Source: Anthoceros angustus (taxonomy: Eukaryota; Plantae; Anthocerotophyta). From it: a stretch of DNA of 64,000 nucleotides. The stretch covers positions 124,001 through 188,000 of the forward strand of contig MU008206.1 in NCBI GenBank assembly GCA_010909165.1, in the 5' to 3' direction. Shown here piece after piece: positions 1 to 12,067 of the stretch. A program made the position numbers and the translations under genes. The notes beneath the pieces were generated by a model. That model was not told where the DNA came from. It saw nothing but the letters and a program-made list of their open reading frames with translations, and did no database searches. The stretch's first letter is position 1. The number at the start of each line of letters is the position of its first letter.

Positions 1-3000
1 CCTTGCCGGGGTTCTCCAGGAACTGAGATACTGTGGAGACAGAATAGTGGATGTCAGGCCTCGTCCAGCCGCTGACGAAGAGAAGACTTCCTACAGCATG
101 GCGATAAGGGATCCCATGCGTGTCCTTGGTCTCCTCTTCAGTCTGAGGGCACTGCTCAGCAGTGAGTTTCGTGCCCACAGCATAAGGGGTGGTGACAGGC
201 CTAGCTTGGTCCAGCTTGAATTTCCTCAGTATCTCGTTGACATATTTGTACTGATGAATGATCAACTTCCTTTCAGCTCTATTCCTCAAGATCTGGATTC
301 CAAGACAGAATTGGAGCTCTCCAATATCCTTCATCTCGAAACGGGAGCTGAGGAGCTGTTTGACTTCCGCTAGCAAATCCAGGTTGTTAGCGGAGAGGAT
401 AAGATCATCCACGTACAGAGCAAGGATGACGAAGTGAACCCCTCGAGTCAGCATGTAGACGTTGCCGTCGGCCGCACTTTGGACAAAGGAAATGCTGAGT
501 AGGTAGACGTGCATAGTAATATACCACACTCGTCCGCTCTGTTTGAGCCCATAGATGCACTTCCTCAGCCTTAGGACCTTGTTGGGGAACTCCTTGCTGA
601 AGTAGCCTTCTGGCTGATCCATGTAGAGCTCTTCATCCAAGGTGCCGTAGAGGTAAGCAGTCTTGACGTCCATCTGATGGAGCTCCAAATCCAATTCAGC
701 CGCAAGGGCAAGCAAAATCCGTATGGATTGCGCGCGTACCACCGGGGAGAAAGTCTCCTGGTAATCCAGACCTTCGACTTGAGAGAACCCACGTGCCACT
801 AACCGGGCCTTGAAGCGGTCCACCTGTCCTTGGGCGTTGAGCTTAAGCTTGAACGTCCACTTACAGGAGATAGGCTTCCTTCCAGGGGGAGGGTCGACGA
901 GTTCCCAGGTCTTGTTCTGAAGGAGACTCTGGTACTCGTCTTCCACTGCGACCCGCCATTGCGCAGACTCAGGTCCTGCAAAGGCTTGGGAAAGAGTGGT
1001 TGGCTCCTCTGGGAGTGCCGTTGGAGACAAGGCCGCAGAAAGTGAACTGAAGGATGTCCTGAAGTCGATGGACTGATAGGGTGGCTCCGCCCACTGAGAT
1101 GGTGGTGCTCGATGCCGAGTGCTGCGACGAGGGCCGGGGTGAGGTGCCGGAACAGCCGGCACAGGCTTAACATCGGCCAACACGGGCTCCAGCAGCCTCC
1201 GGCAAATGGCAAATCTGAGTCGGTCGGCCGGCATCGTCAGCAGTGGTCGAGCAGCAGGAAAAATACCATCAGGGTCTTCAGGAGGCATGTCGGGGGCGAT
1301 CGGCACATCGTCCTCAGGGGCGGTGCCGTCCTCCAGATTCTCCACATAGCCTGGGTCACCGTCCTCGGTGGGGTAGGCGCCTGTCGGGTCGGCCGCCGCA
1401 GGCTGTCGTGACACATCTCCTCGTCGGGCTTGGGCTCCGGAAGGTAAGGCGCGCCAAGGTGATGTCGCGCGTTTCGGGGTCGAAGAGCTTGTAGGCCTTA
1501 GAGCTCTCGCTGTAGCCCACAAAAATAAGTTTCTTCGCCTCTGTCTAACCGGCCGCTTCAAGGTGGATGAAGGCAAAGTCAGCCAAACACCCATAGGTGC
1601 TGGATGCTGGGCTTGCGCTGCCAATATACCTCATAGGGGGTGCGGCCCGGAACTGAGCTCGTAATAACTCGGTTCAATATATATGTGGCCGCCACTATCG
1701 CCTCTGCCCAGAAGCCTTGAGGAAGTCCAGACCATAGCAGCATGCTCCTGGTCATGGATAGGAGCGTCTGATTCTTACGCTCCGCTACTCCATTCTGCTG
1801 TGGAGTGTAGGTTACCGTGAGTTGTCTTTGGATTCCTCGCTCCAGGAGGAAGGCATCAAACTCTTGGTTGACAAACTCCGTGCCGTTGTCGCTCCGCAGG
1901 ATCTTGAGCTGTTGTCCAGTCTGACGTTCAGCCACAGGGAGCCACTCCTTGAAGTATGTGAATGTGTCACTCTTCAGATGCATAGGGTAAGTCCAAGAAT
2001 ATCTGCTGAAGTCATCTGTAAGAGTGAGGTAGTAGATAGCACCGCCAAGGGAAGGAGTTTGAATCTTCCCGGATATGTCGGCGTGGACTAGACGGCCGCC
2101 CCCATGCGCGGAAGGAGACTCCGCTTGGCAAGGACATGTGATTCACACCGACAGTCTGAAGCATCCGGGAGGGGCTCTTGGTAAAGACCTTGTGAGGACA
2201 TGGAGATGAGCTTGTGCTTGTTCACATGCCCCAACCTGGCATGCCACAGGGCAGCCAGGTCCTCGGGTGTTTGACCAGCGACGTAAGCAAAAGGACCATG
2301 TTTGCTATTAGGAATAAGTCTGTACAGACCATCTTGGGGGATGGCACCCATTAAGCATAGGTCAGGGCTGTCTGATCTGTAGAAGCAACAGGAATCGCGG
2401 GAGAAATTGACCTCTAGTGGGCTATGCCTCAACAACTGACTAAGGGAGACGAGGTTTTTGCCCATCTGTGGTACGTAAAGGACGGGTTCTAGGGTTAGGG
2501 TAGAACCGTCAGATAGGGGCAACTCGCAAGTCCCTTGGCCGAGGATGGGTAAGCTGGACTTATTCTGTTCGTCGCCGAGCAGGACCCTCTCTCTAATCTG
2601 GCGTTGGTCCAGCCGAGAGAAGAGGGTCGCGTCGTTGCAGATATGGGCGGTGGCACCATGCTAGGTACCACCTTGGTCGCCGGGTCCGAGTAATCGAGGC
2701 GCAGTGAGGATCTTCACGCCTTGTCCTTCGCCTTCCCTTGACGGCCACGCTTGTTGCCTCTGGCGGAGGCCGGGCCGGGCTCCCGGCTTTCTTCCGGCAT
2801 TCCGCCCGGGCCGGGAGAGCCGCACCGATTCTGATTGCCGTCCGAGATGGAGCAGTGGCACCCTTGGAGGTCTTGCCTCTGCTCGCCTTCCCGGCTGGGC
2901 CGGCGGCGAGCCTTGTCGGCCTTGGGCTTGGGCCCTCCTGCCGAGGTAAGACGGCTCTGCTCGTGCTGATAAAGCGCTCCAATAATCTCCTCCACTGTAA

Positions 3001-3615
3001 GTGAGGAGGTGGAGCCAGGGGTACCACGCGTTGACATCAGCATTAGGCTGGTGACGAAATGCTGATAAGAGGGTGGTAGGCTCATAAGTAGCTGGGCCGC
3101 GGCGTCCGTCTCTGACATAGTCGAGCCGAGGCTGGCCAGCTGCCCTCGTAGCTGCCGAAATTTTGAGGTATGAGCAGCCACTGTGTCGGACTCCTTCATT
3201 TTGAGAGAGTTGAACTCCTGTCGTACGCCGTACAAGGTAAGAACGTTGTTGACGTTGTAGGTGTTGGCCAGCTGGTCCCATATGGCTCCTGCCGTCGTGA
3301 GGAATTCCATCGCTCCACTTCGGCGGTCGGCGCGGCGGCCGCTGGCTTGGGGAGACTGCCGTCCACCACCTTCCAGACGCCTCTGCCGACCAAGAGGGAC
3401 TTCATGCGGACCCGCCAGACCGGGTAGTGTTGCCCATTGAAGCGATCCTGCTCCTTTATCTGCTCAGTGAACATGGGGATGGCAGTCGGTGCGGAGGAGC
3501 TGCTCGCGGCCGAAGAACTGCTTGCGCCGGTTGCCATCGCGGCCGTCGTTTGCAGAGAAAGTGCGTTGAGTTGCTGGATGATTTGGTCCAGGAGAGAGTT
3601 GGCGCCTGTGGTCAT
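1..3615 (-). pseudogene. gag-pol of copia element 1, broken by several frameshifts/deletions
   Basis: Domain fragments in different frames: 3196-3615, 2714-3310, 2088-2522, 1579-1983, 571-792; frameshift near 3310 and in the protease WYLDSGA motif near 2665. Confidence 0.9.
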
Positions 3616-5546
3616 AAAAACTGGGCTTCGGAGTCGAAGCTTGTCACTTTCTCGAGAAATATTTACAGGGAAATATTTACAGACAAAGTTCAGTCAGAAA
3701 TGTTCAGGGGAACATCCGCAAGTTCGGAGGAGTGGTCCGCCCGTGAGGCGCCAAGTCGAAGACGAGGTCCACTCGTCGTGATCGCTCCAATGCCCCAAAG
3801 CTCCTGGGTTTGGTAGATTAAGGAGGTCGGCGATGGCGTCGTCGGTGGTTCCGTCTTCACGCAATACCGCGGGGGCAGAGTCCCTGATGTCGGAAGCGTG
3901 AGGGCTGCAGAGGGGCAAGGTAAGTTGGATAATTATGAAAACGGATAATGAAAATATGGCCGGGGGTTTAAATAGGCCCCGAATGGGCGTGGTGTTGAAA
4001 CAGGCGGGCTGGTCCATGAACAGTACGCCCGTTCATGAACGCGCCTGCTGGGTGCACCGGCTGCCCGGGTGCGATATCGCGCCTCCTCGCATAGTGGCTC
4101 GAATTGCTTCCGCCTCCATGGCTTGTAGGAGGTCGGCGATGGCGCCTGCCTCGCCTCGGGCATGGGGCCTTGGGCTCCCGGCCGTCCGCGTAATACATCT
4201 TAAAGGGGATGCGGCGCGCGAGGCCACGCCCTCCCATCGTGCGTGCGGCGATCCATGGGGCGCCTCAGGTCTCGATGGCGCCCGTTCCTGCCTCGAGATT
4301 GATGCTCCTGGAAATCCCGCCAGCGCCCGTAGAGATTTCCAGGCTTGGATTAGCTCCACGTGCTGCAGGGGTCGAACGGTGGTCTGGGGAAATCGGGCGC
4401 CCAAATGATGAATTGGTGCCTGCGCCCATCCCGAGGTCAGATTTGGATGTGGAGGGCTGAATTCTGCCGAGACGCCCCAGAAGGTCTATTGCTCGGTAGT
4501 CGGTGGAGCCTCCGCTCCGGCCTCGATGGCGCTTGCCCGTAATCCATTTTGTCGGGCGGACGCCTCCTCGCGCATAGTGGCTCGAATTGCTTCCGCCCGC
4601 TGTGCCTCCATGGCTTGTAGGAGGTCGGAGGAATTCCTCCATGGGACGGGAGGCAGTTCTTTGGGCCTCCTGGCCGTCCGCGTAATACATCTTAAAGGGG
4701 GATGCCGGCGGTCGACCATGGGTGCAGGGGGTCCGGTCGGAGGAGGATGTTGAGATGCAGATGGGGCCTTGGGCTCCTGCGCCTTCCTTCCGGCGGGGTG
4801 CCTCAGCCAGTGCTCCCAGGGATTGGATCGCCTGCCAGAGGTGCCGGAGGAGAGATGCCTCGCCTGGAGAATTCCTGCGGTCGGATCTTCTGCGGGCGGC
4901 TCTGGGGGCCCCAGGCTGCTGGTGGAACGGGCGCCCCGCCTCGCACAGCCTCGGCCGGTTTGACCGGTCGATCGACGCGCCATCACCGATCAGATGTTTG
5001 AGGAAAGGGGGCGAGGAGAGGCCGGGGGGTGTAAAGGGGAAGGAGCGGGCGAGGGAGGAGGCCGCGAGCGGCTTCCTCCCTTTTAATGTGCATGTAACCG
5101 TTTATGGTTACAATACATATGGCAACTGCGTTATTTCCAGGTAGGAGCCCAGGGGTGCCCGATAGCTAGAGTTCCATCAGAACTCCAGTGTTAAGCGCCC
5201 CGGGTGTGGATCAGGGCTCGGATGGAGGGGCTACTCCAACCGGCGTTCTACCTGGAATTTGCTGTTGTATTTTCTCCTCCTTTGCTGCTGTGTTTTTTTT
5301 CGTTTGTTTTCTTTTTACGCTATGGTCGGGTGGTGGGGAAAAAAAAGGATATAAGAGAAAAAGCGAGGCTACCTATCCGGCAGCCAAGGGTCTAGTTTTT
5401 CTCTTCTTTCTTTTTTTTCCTCCGTGGCAGAGGGACTAATCCCTCCGTAGCGGGCTAGTCCGCGAAAAGAACGGAGGAGAGGAGGAGGAGAGGAGGAGGC
5501 GCCACGGAGCCGTGGCGCCTCCCGCCATGATCCTAGTGGAGCCTAG

Positions 5547-5559
5547 AGCTCTGATACCA
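5547..5559 (-). promoter_or_regulatory. Primer-binding site complementary to tRNA-iMet
   Basis: Minus strand reads TGGTATCAGAGCT immediately after the LTR-terminal CA; canonical plant copia PBS. Confidence 0.92.
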
Positions 5560-5754
5560 TGTGAACTTTCCTAAGATGAGAACAAAAGCGGAAGCATGAA
5601 TTAGGAAAAGAGTTAGAATGTACATAGAAAGGGGCCCTTTTATAGGGAACCCGGGCACCCCTTCGTAGGGGTGCGACTGTTCGCTTAACGAGCTAGGTTA
5701 GCCTAACCCGCTCAACTAATAGCTAGGGTTATGTAAACCTTACTAAACTTAACA
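5560..5754 (-). repeat. 5' LTR of copia element 1 (~195 bp, TG...CA)
   Basis: Minus strand starts TGTTAAG (5754) and ends GTTCACA (5560); TATAAAA at 5638-5644 (minus). Second LTR is outside the window, so the outer boundary and predicted TSD (AGATC) are unconfirmed. Confidence 0.78.
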
Positions 5755-5960
5755 AGATCCACGCCAATTCATTGAGCAGTTGAAGGCTAGGCATGAGATT
5801 GCCAAAGGAATTTTAGCCAAGGTCAAGCACGTCAAGAAATATCGATGTATTGAGTGAGAGAAACTGCTCTTCAACGCTTGGGGATAAAGTATGGGTAAAA
5901 TTGAAGCATTTCCCATTACCTCAAGGATTAACTCTTAAGTTAAGGCCAAGATACGCCGAC
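5755..5960 (+). mobile_element. Ty3/gypsy integrase C-terminal remnant interrupted by copia element 1
   Basis: Peptide LGDKVWVKLKHFPLPQGLTLKLRPRYA resembles the VGDxVWL...KLxPRYxGP (GPY/F) motif at the end of gypsy integrases. Confidence 0.55.
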
Positions 5961-6679
5961 TCTAATTGGGAACAATTGGGAGTAGCAAAAATCGTCCCAT
6001 TTAGAGGGTTCCTGCTTAGGCATTTTCATCTTTTGAAAATAAAAATATTTAAAAATCAAAAATCCTTTAAATCAAAAATTGAAAGAGCTTAAAAGCTTCC
6101 AAAAATCCAAAAATCCAAAATGCTCCCTCATACTACATAGCTGCCAACCTAATTCTAGTTTGCTGTGTTAAAATAATCATCAATTCTTGATTGATGCCGA
6201 GTTGCTTTCATCCAATGACTAGCAATATGTTTTTCCAACCGAGAATGCAACTTCAAAGCATCAAGAGTGTTATGTGGCATCTCTTCCAAAACATCTTCGC
6301 TATCCTCATAGCATTATCTACATCCTTTGTCGACGCGGCCTTTGGCGCTATGGTCTCCACTAACGCTGTATCATTCTCCTCACCCTCCTCATTGACAGGC
6401 GGAGGAATTAATGCTTGCCATATTTCATCCTCTGTAGTAATCTCGATAAGACGATTTCCTCAATTTTTCTATTTTTTAAAAAAATATGTATTTTCCCTTT
6501 TACAGAGGTGTACTTGCATTGAATGTTTGGAAGACATGTTCCCATTTACAAATTAGAGGGGTTTCCCATTTAGCATGTAGCACATTCAAGGGAGTAAGCC
6601 CGGGCGTCCCATTTAAAGGGGGTTCCCATTTATAGGGGTCCCAATTAGAGGGGTTTGACTGTATGGTGGTCCATTTGTA

Positions 6680-6955
6680 GAGAAAGCTAAGCTCCTAGCT
6701 TAGGCAAAGATGGGGAGCTCTCTCTGATCTCTCATGTATTCTTGTTGACTCTTGCTGAAATAAATAGCAGCGGTAGACGTGCTGACTGCGAGTCGTCCCA
6801 TGGAAGGACGGCGGGCTACTTGAACTGACTGCGAGTCGTCCCATGGAAGGACGGCGGGCTACTTGAAGGCCTAGTGCTGGTGTCTGGTGATGTTTTTGTT
6901 GCTAACTGCGTGACTGCCCCACCTCGCTAAAAAGGGGGTGTTCCTGTACCAGACA
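6680..6955 (+). repeat. Diverged LTR-like repeat copy with an internal 43-bp tandem duplication (6782-6867)
   Basis: Shares GAGAAAGCTAAG, CTCTGATCTCT and GGG(C/T)TACTT(G/C)AAGGCCTAGTGCT blocks with the units at 39588-40490. Confidence 0.55.
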
Positions 6956-7353
6956 TTGGAGGGCTAAAGAGGCTTAATCAAAATGGTTTAAGGTCAGGCT
7001 CTACAACCTTTCACTTTAGCCCATTCAGTTTTCACCACACAAGCGATGAAAAAAAAAAGCTGAGGCTCGTCTACTTGCTGGAGCTGTGGTCAGTCCCTTA
7101 GTTGGATGGAGCTATGGTTCGAACCAATCTAAGAATTCATGTAGTTCAATTTTGACTTAGCCAAAAGCCGAGATCCAGCGACAGCCCACCAATCCGTCCC
7201 GAATCAATCCTCCTTAAATGAAGACGTAATTACTGGTCAAAACTTCATGAGAAACTAAATAATCTCACTTTCGCACCGATAGAAACTTCTCGTGACAATA
7301 GCGCTTCCCCGTTTCCCCTAGAGAGGACTGAAGGAGGCAGGTTCCAACACAGT

Positions 7354-10300
7354 TCAAACAGCCACCGGCTCAAGGTTTGCAGCAACTTCTGGCACTGCCT
7401 CCGTTACCTGCTGGCACACACAAAGAGATGAGCGACTTGCAACATTGGACGTGCGAGCCGTTAAGGGCAACATAGAAGACACGTACATGTGCCATTTTGA
7501 AAAGTTCATCCAAAACCTCCGACAGCGTTGGGTGTGCATGCACTGCGAACTTTATGTCCTGCAACGAGTCAACATTCGCACATGATTAGCAGCCCAACGA
7601 CGTGGGGAGATCAGCCACATGCCGAATCAGAACTGTGCTGGGTGACACACCTTTACTGTTTGTCCAGTTGCAATTGCGTTTGAGGCCTCGTGGATAAGGT
7701 CAGCTGCATGCAGACCCAGAATATGGACTCCCAAAATTTCACCCGTATCCTCACGGTAGATCAGCTTCAATAGTCAGGAAAGAGTATGCTGTCAGCCCAA
7801 AGAGTTCCGAGAAGACCACCAGCTAAGAATTAAACCATTCAGTAAGATGAAATCAAGCACCTTGGCAATGCCATCACCCTCATTCTCGGCAAGGGCCTTT
7901 GTGTTTGCCTTGAAGCTTGTCTTGACAACTTTTACCTCAAATCCCTCTACTTTTGCTTTGTCTCGTGCCTGTGGCTGAAAATTTTGCCGAAGAGCATTTC
8001 TGAGGGGTTAAAAAAAAAGGCATCGGGGCACGACGAAAAATGTGTAGATCCGCAGTAACGATAGCCTTAAAGTCAGTGGAACATTCAATTGCAAAACAAA
8101 ACTATCCCACCTCCGTAAGGCCAGCCATACTAATCTCAGGATGAGTGAAACATGCAGCAGGAATACTGAGATGGTTCAGCACATTGTCGTTCCCAGATAT
8201 CTGTTCCACAACTGGGATAACACAGAACCCTTCATGGTCAGAGATGGTCCTAGCAACACACTGATGCACTCTGGACCTCACCCAGTTGAAACAGCGTAGC
8301 CAGAAACCATCCCCTGAAAATACATACCAGAAATTCCTTGTGCACTAGCGGCATGCGCAAGCATCATCTTGCCATTCGCATCTCCAATGCAAAATAGATG
8401 TGGGACCTGCACAAAGCACCTCATCAGGAAAAGGTACAAGATGCCTCAAACGTCAAGTTATATATTGCACAAGAGCCTGCACTGTAGGCGACACAAAAGC
8501 GATGGAAAAGATCCAGACCAATTTGCCCTCCCCGTCTAACACCCGCATGCGCTCATCCACAGGGACATAACCACGCTGTGTAACCACATTCACCTGCAGG
8601 GCCACGTCTAAGAAAATGTCAATATCTTTGTCAGTATCATGCCTTCAACAACTCTGAACAACCATGGAACTCCACAAGACTGCAGAACTCACGTTTTCTA
8701 GTCCCAAGCCCTTCGTGAAAGGTGCTCGTCCTGTTGCAATGAGTGCAGCATCCACCTGTAGTCGCAGTGATTTACATGTCAAAGTCTAAAATAGTGCAAG
8801 CAGCGAGCCTCCTAAGGGCAGATCCATAAGGGGCTACCTCCAAGACTTCCTTCAACTCCTTCGTCTTTGTGTCCACTAATTCAATTAAGACGGGCTTGCC
8901 ATCCTTTGCAGGTGTGATCTGCAGGTACAAATAACTCAAACACTGACTCTGGAGGCTTAGCAGTGACTAGCAAACAGAGAGCCTGTCCAGGGGAAACCAC
9001 CTTACCTTCTTAGCAAGGACACCCGTGTGGTAGTCAATCTTCCGTGGAGTGATCAAGATCCTCTGAGCAAGCTTTCCAATCTCAGGGTCAAATCCAGGCA
9101 TAAGAGAATCGAGCGCCTCCACAAATGTCACCTGAAACAGAGACAGGGTGCAACCATCAAACAGCTTAGATCCACTCACAGACGATGTAGGTGCTCCTTC
9201 AAGATACTTCACAAACTGCTAACCTCACTTCCGAGAGCAGTGTACACATCGCTGAACTCTAGACCTATGTACCCACTACCAACAATGGCTATCCAATCTG
9301 GAACCCATTCCAGCTTCAATGCATGATCACTTGTGAACACTGATTTACCTGCAAGCCCCACAGAAAAAATGAGACGAAAAGGATTGCGATGGGTCTAGAG
9401 AGGGAAAACGCAATTATCCCCAGGAGGAAACTCCATCACTTCAAAGTGTTGGGATGATTCTTACCATCAATTTCGATGCCTGGCGGCACAAAGGGAATCG
9501 ATCCCGTTGCAATTATAATGTTTCGGGCGGTCACAACCTTATCAGGATAACCGATCTTCCCATACTTCACCTTTTGTGGGCCCTGAGCAAAGCATAGAGG
9601 ACGATAGGTAAGTTCTCAGACTTCCTAAGAAAACACCTATCGGTGTTCTAAGCCATGTGAAGCATCACATGTGTCATCTTCAATGAAAGGTTTCAAGGGC
9701 AGTAGGGACTTACGAGCAGAGTTCCGACACCTAGAAGAATATCCACACCGATAGCTTTCATCGAGTTCGTCAAATTCCCTCGGATTTTAAGAGCGAGGTT
9801 TTCTGCGTGAGCTGCAACTGCCTCCCTATCGTAGGAGGCTGCAGCAACCTGGATAGAGGAAAAGTTTGGCAACACTTAGTTGCAAATCCCCTTTCGCTGT
9901 CCTCAGTATCTAAACACATGGGGTGCGTGATGAATTGCCCACCTGGATGCCGAGAGCCTTGAGATGATGCTCATCTCGGAGTTCTCTCATGCGCCCACTC
10001 ACAGCCAGGAGAGCTTTTGACGGCACACAGCCTCTATTGACACACGTTCCTCCCACAACATCTCCTTCAATAATTGCAGTCTTTAGGCCCTGTTGAATTT
10101 TGCACACATGCTCAGACAAGATGGAGGATCTGCGATGCCCATTCTAACAAACAAAACTCAGATCCACTCAAGATGCGCCCAGGTATCGCATCCTGCAAAA
10201 TTCATCAGGTGCCTACCCTCTCAACAGCATGCAGTGCAGCGCCATGTCCTCCAACGCCTGCTCCAATGATGATCAAATCATAGTCGAACGACTGAGGGCC

Positions 10301-10570
10301 CCCATTACTGGACGCCTGCGCTCTGAGATTGAAGGACCTGGCGACACTCTGCGACCACAAATGATCCTGCCCGCCGGACTTGCGAGAGTCAAATCTCCCA
10401 GACGAGCAAAGACAGGCAAGCTGCTGGTAGCTACCACGCAAAAACACCCGGCCAGACGACAGGGGCGAGCTGGAGGAAGCAGCAGACTTCCGGCATTCGG
10501 CTGCACCAGAGGTGACAGTGCGCAGAGACGCAGGTTGCACAACGGCAGCAGCAGCAGCAGCAGCAGCCAT
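7354..10570 (-). CDS. LPD: Plastid dihydrolipoyl dehydrogenase (E3 of pyruvate dehydrogenase), about 15 exons
   Basis: Ala/Ser-rich transit peptide; FAD-binding [17 protein letters not shown]; redox-active [15 protein letters not shown]; C-terminal [15 protein letters not shown]; GT-AG introns throughout; stop at 7354. Confidence 0.96.
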
Positions 10571-11570
10571 CGCTTATCCCGTACCCCTGGCGTGCGAATG
10601 GGGCGCGAGGGCGTTGCAGGAGAAGAAGGCTTTCTGCTTTTTGCTTGTAATGTTGGACGTTGGTTGTTGGGGTGTCTTGGAGCTGTCGCTGCACCTGCAC
10701 TCCTTCCTTTCCCCCCGCCCCACTGCAGCTGCTCAGCCGGGGTGAAATGACAAGACCCGCCGAGACACCCCGGATAAGGCTAAAACCTTGCCCCTAAGCC
10801 TGCCATGCAAGAGTGGTGCCAAACCAGGAATGTTGGTGAGTCCGCCTGGCCTGCTCCATTTCTCCATTGCCATCGTTTTTATCACGCTCCTTTCAACCAT
10901 TGCCTTGGTCGCCTAACCACAGATACCTGCACAAGATAGCAAAGCAAGGGTCCATGTTAAAAATGTTAACGTTTTCTTTTTTTTCTATATAAATAAGGAG
11001 TTTGCAATTTTATAATTTGGACTGATTAAAAAATTAATAATGGATTTATATCATTCACTTAGTTATCTATTTGGGATTACCTTATGAGTACCCTTTTACT
11101 GCAGATCCTTTTTCTGCTTGACATGGTATTGTGATATGGTGGTGCCTCATTCGGTAGAGAAAGATGTTGATGTTGGTGCGAATTTATTGAATCTGAAGGA
11201 GCTTTGCACCTCTCATCACAGTTGCATATGACTGACTGGCCTTGCGGGATTCCCTCCTGTGGCTGAGACGCCTAGGTCGGAAGGGTGGAAGAGGCGAGCC
11301 GGTGCCCTCTCTCCTATCATCCGGTGGGACGGAAAGGGAGTCGAAGCACAAAGGGTCGAGAACCCGGGCAACGGGGTCCACTCGGGGAAACATTTGTGGA
11401 AGAGGAGGAGAACCTAGGTGAGAAACTCCCCGCAAGGGTGAGCTCCCAAAACCTTGCCTCCGGGAATGGTTCCCTGAACGAGACTGAGTAGGGTGTGCGG
11501 TGAGTACGGGGAGCTGGTAGGTGGTAAGTGGTTCCACTTCGGGCAGCACGATGGGCTCTTGGAGCAGACA

Positions 11571-11690
11571 GAGTAACGTTGTAGAGTTGTAAGTGAGGGA
11601 ATTGTGTGTTCTCGGAGTAACATCGTAGAGTTGTAAGTGAGGGAACTTTGTGTTCCCGAAGTAACGTCGTAGAGTTGTAAGAGGGGGAAT
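11571..11690. repeat. 44-bp tandem repeat, ~2.7 copies
   Basis: GAGTAAC(G/A)T(T/C)GTAGAGTTGTAAG.. at 11571, 11615, 11659. Confidence 0.85.
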
Positions 11691-12067
11691 GAGGACTGTG
11701 AACCGTGTATACCAGAAGAATGTCGTGTCATCGACAAGAAGGGCCCAAGGGGTCCTAAGCGGAAAAGGAAGACCGATGTGGAACACGCGGTGCTCCCCGA
11801 ACACCTCCATCCATGAGGTGAGTTTTGCTGTAGTGAGCTTTCTGCTTTCAAGGAGACTTACCTCGATTGTGTCGTTCAGGCCTGAAATTATCAGGCCTTT
11901 CAAGCCTGGATTTTCAGATACCCTTGTTTTCAGGCCATTCAAGCCTGTATTTTCCAGCCCTCTAAGCTTTGTATTTTCCAGGCCATTCAAGCTTGGATAG
12001 TTCATGTTTGGGTTTCAGGCAATTCAGGACTAACCATTCCTTACACTATGCTGGTGCTGATGTGCAG

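Larger units (their letters stand above)
1..5754 (-). mobile_element. Ty1/copia LTR retrotransposon (5' LTR, PBS, ~1.9 kb leader, gag-PR-INT-RT); 3' part lies beyond the left window edge
   Basis: Copia domain order on minus strand: gag (RFNGQHYPVWRVRM; QEFNSLKMKESDTV), protease remnant near 2660, GAG-pre-integrase (LWHARLGH), integrase (LRSDNGTEF, TPQQNGVAERKN), RT (HQLDVKTAYL region; PYRHAVGSLLF near 100). LTR and PBS present upstream. Confidence 0.95.

Noticed and set aside
5344-5352. ATATCCTTT (U12 AT-AC donor consensus) on the minus strand in the copia leader
   Set aside because: Adjacent to a poly-T run; no matching branch site and AC acceptor identified.
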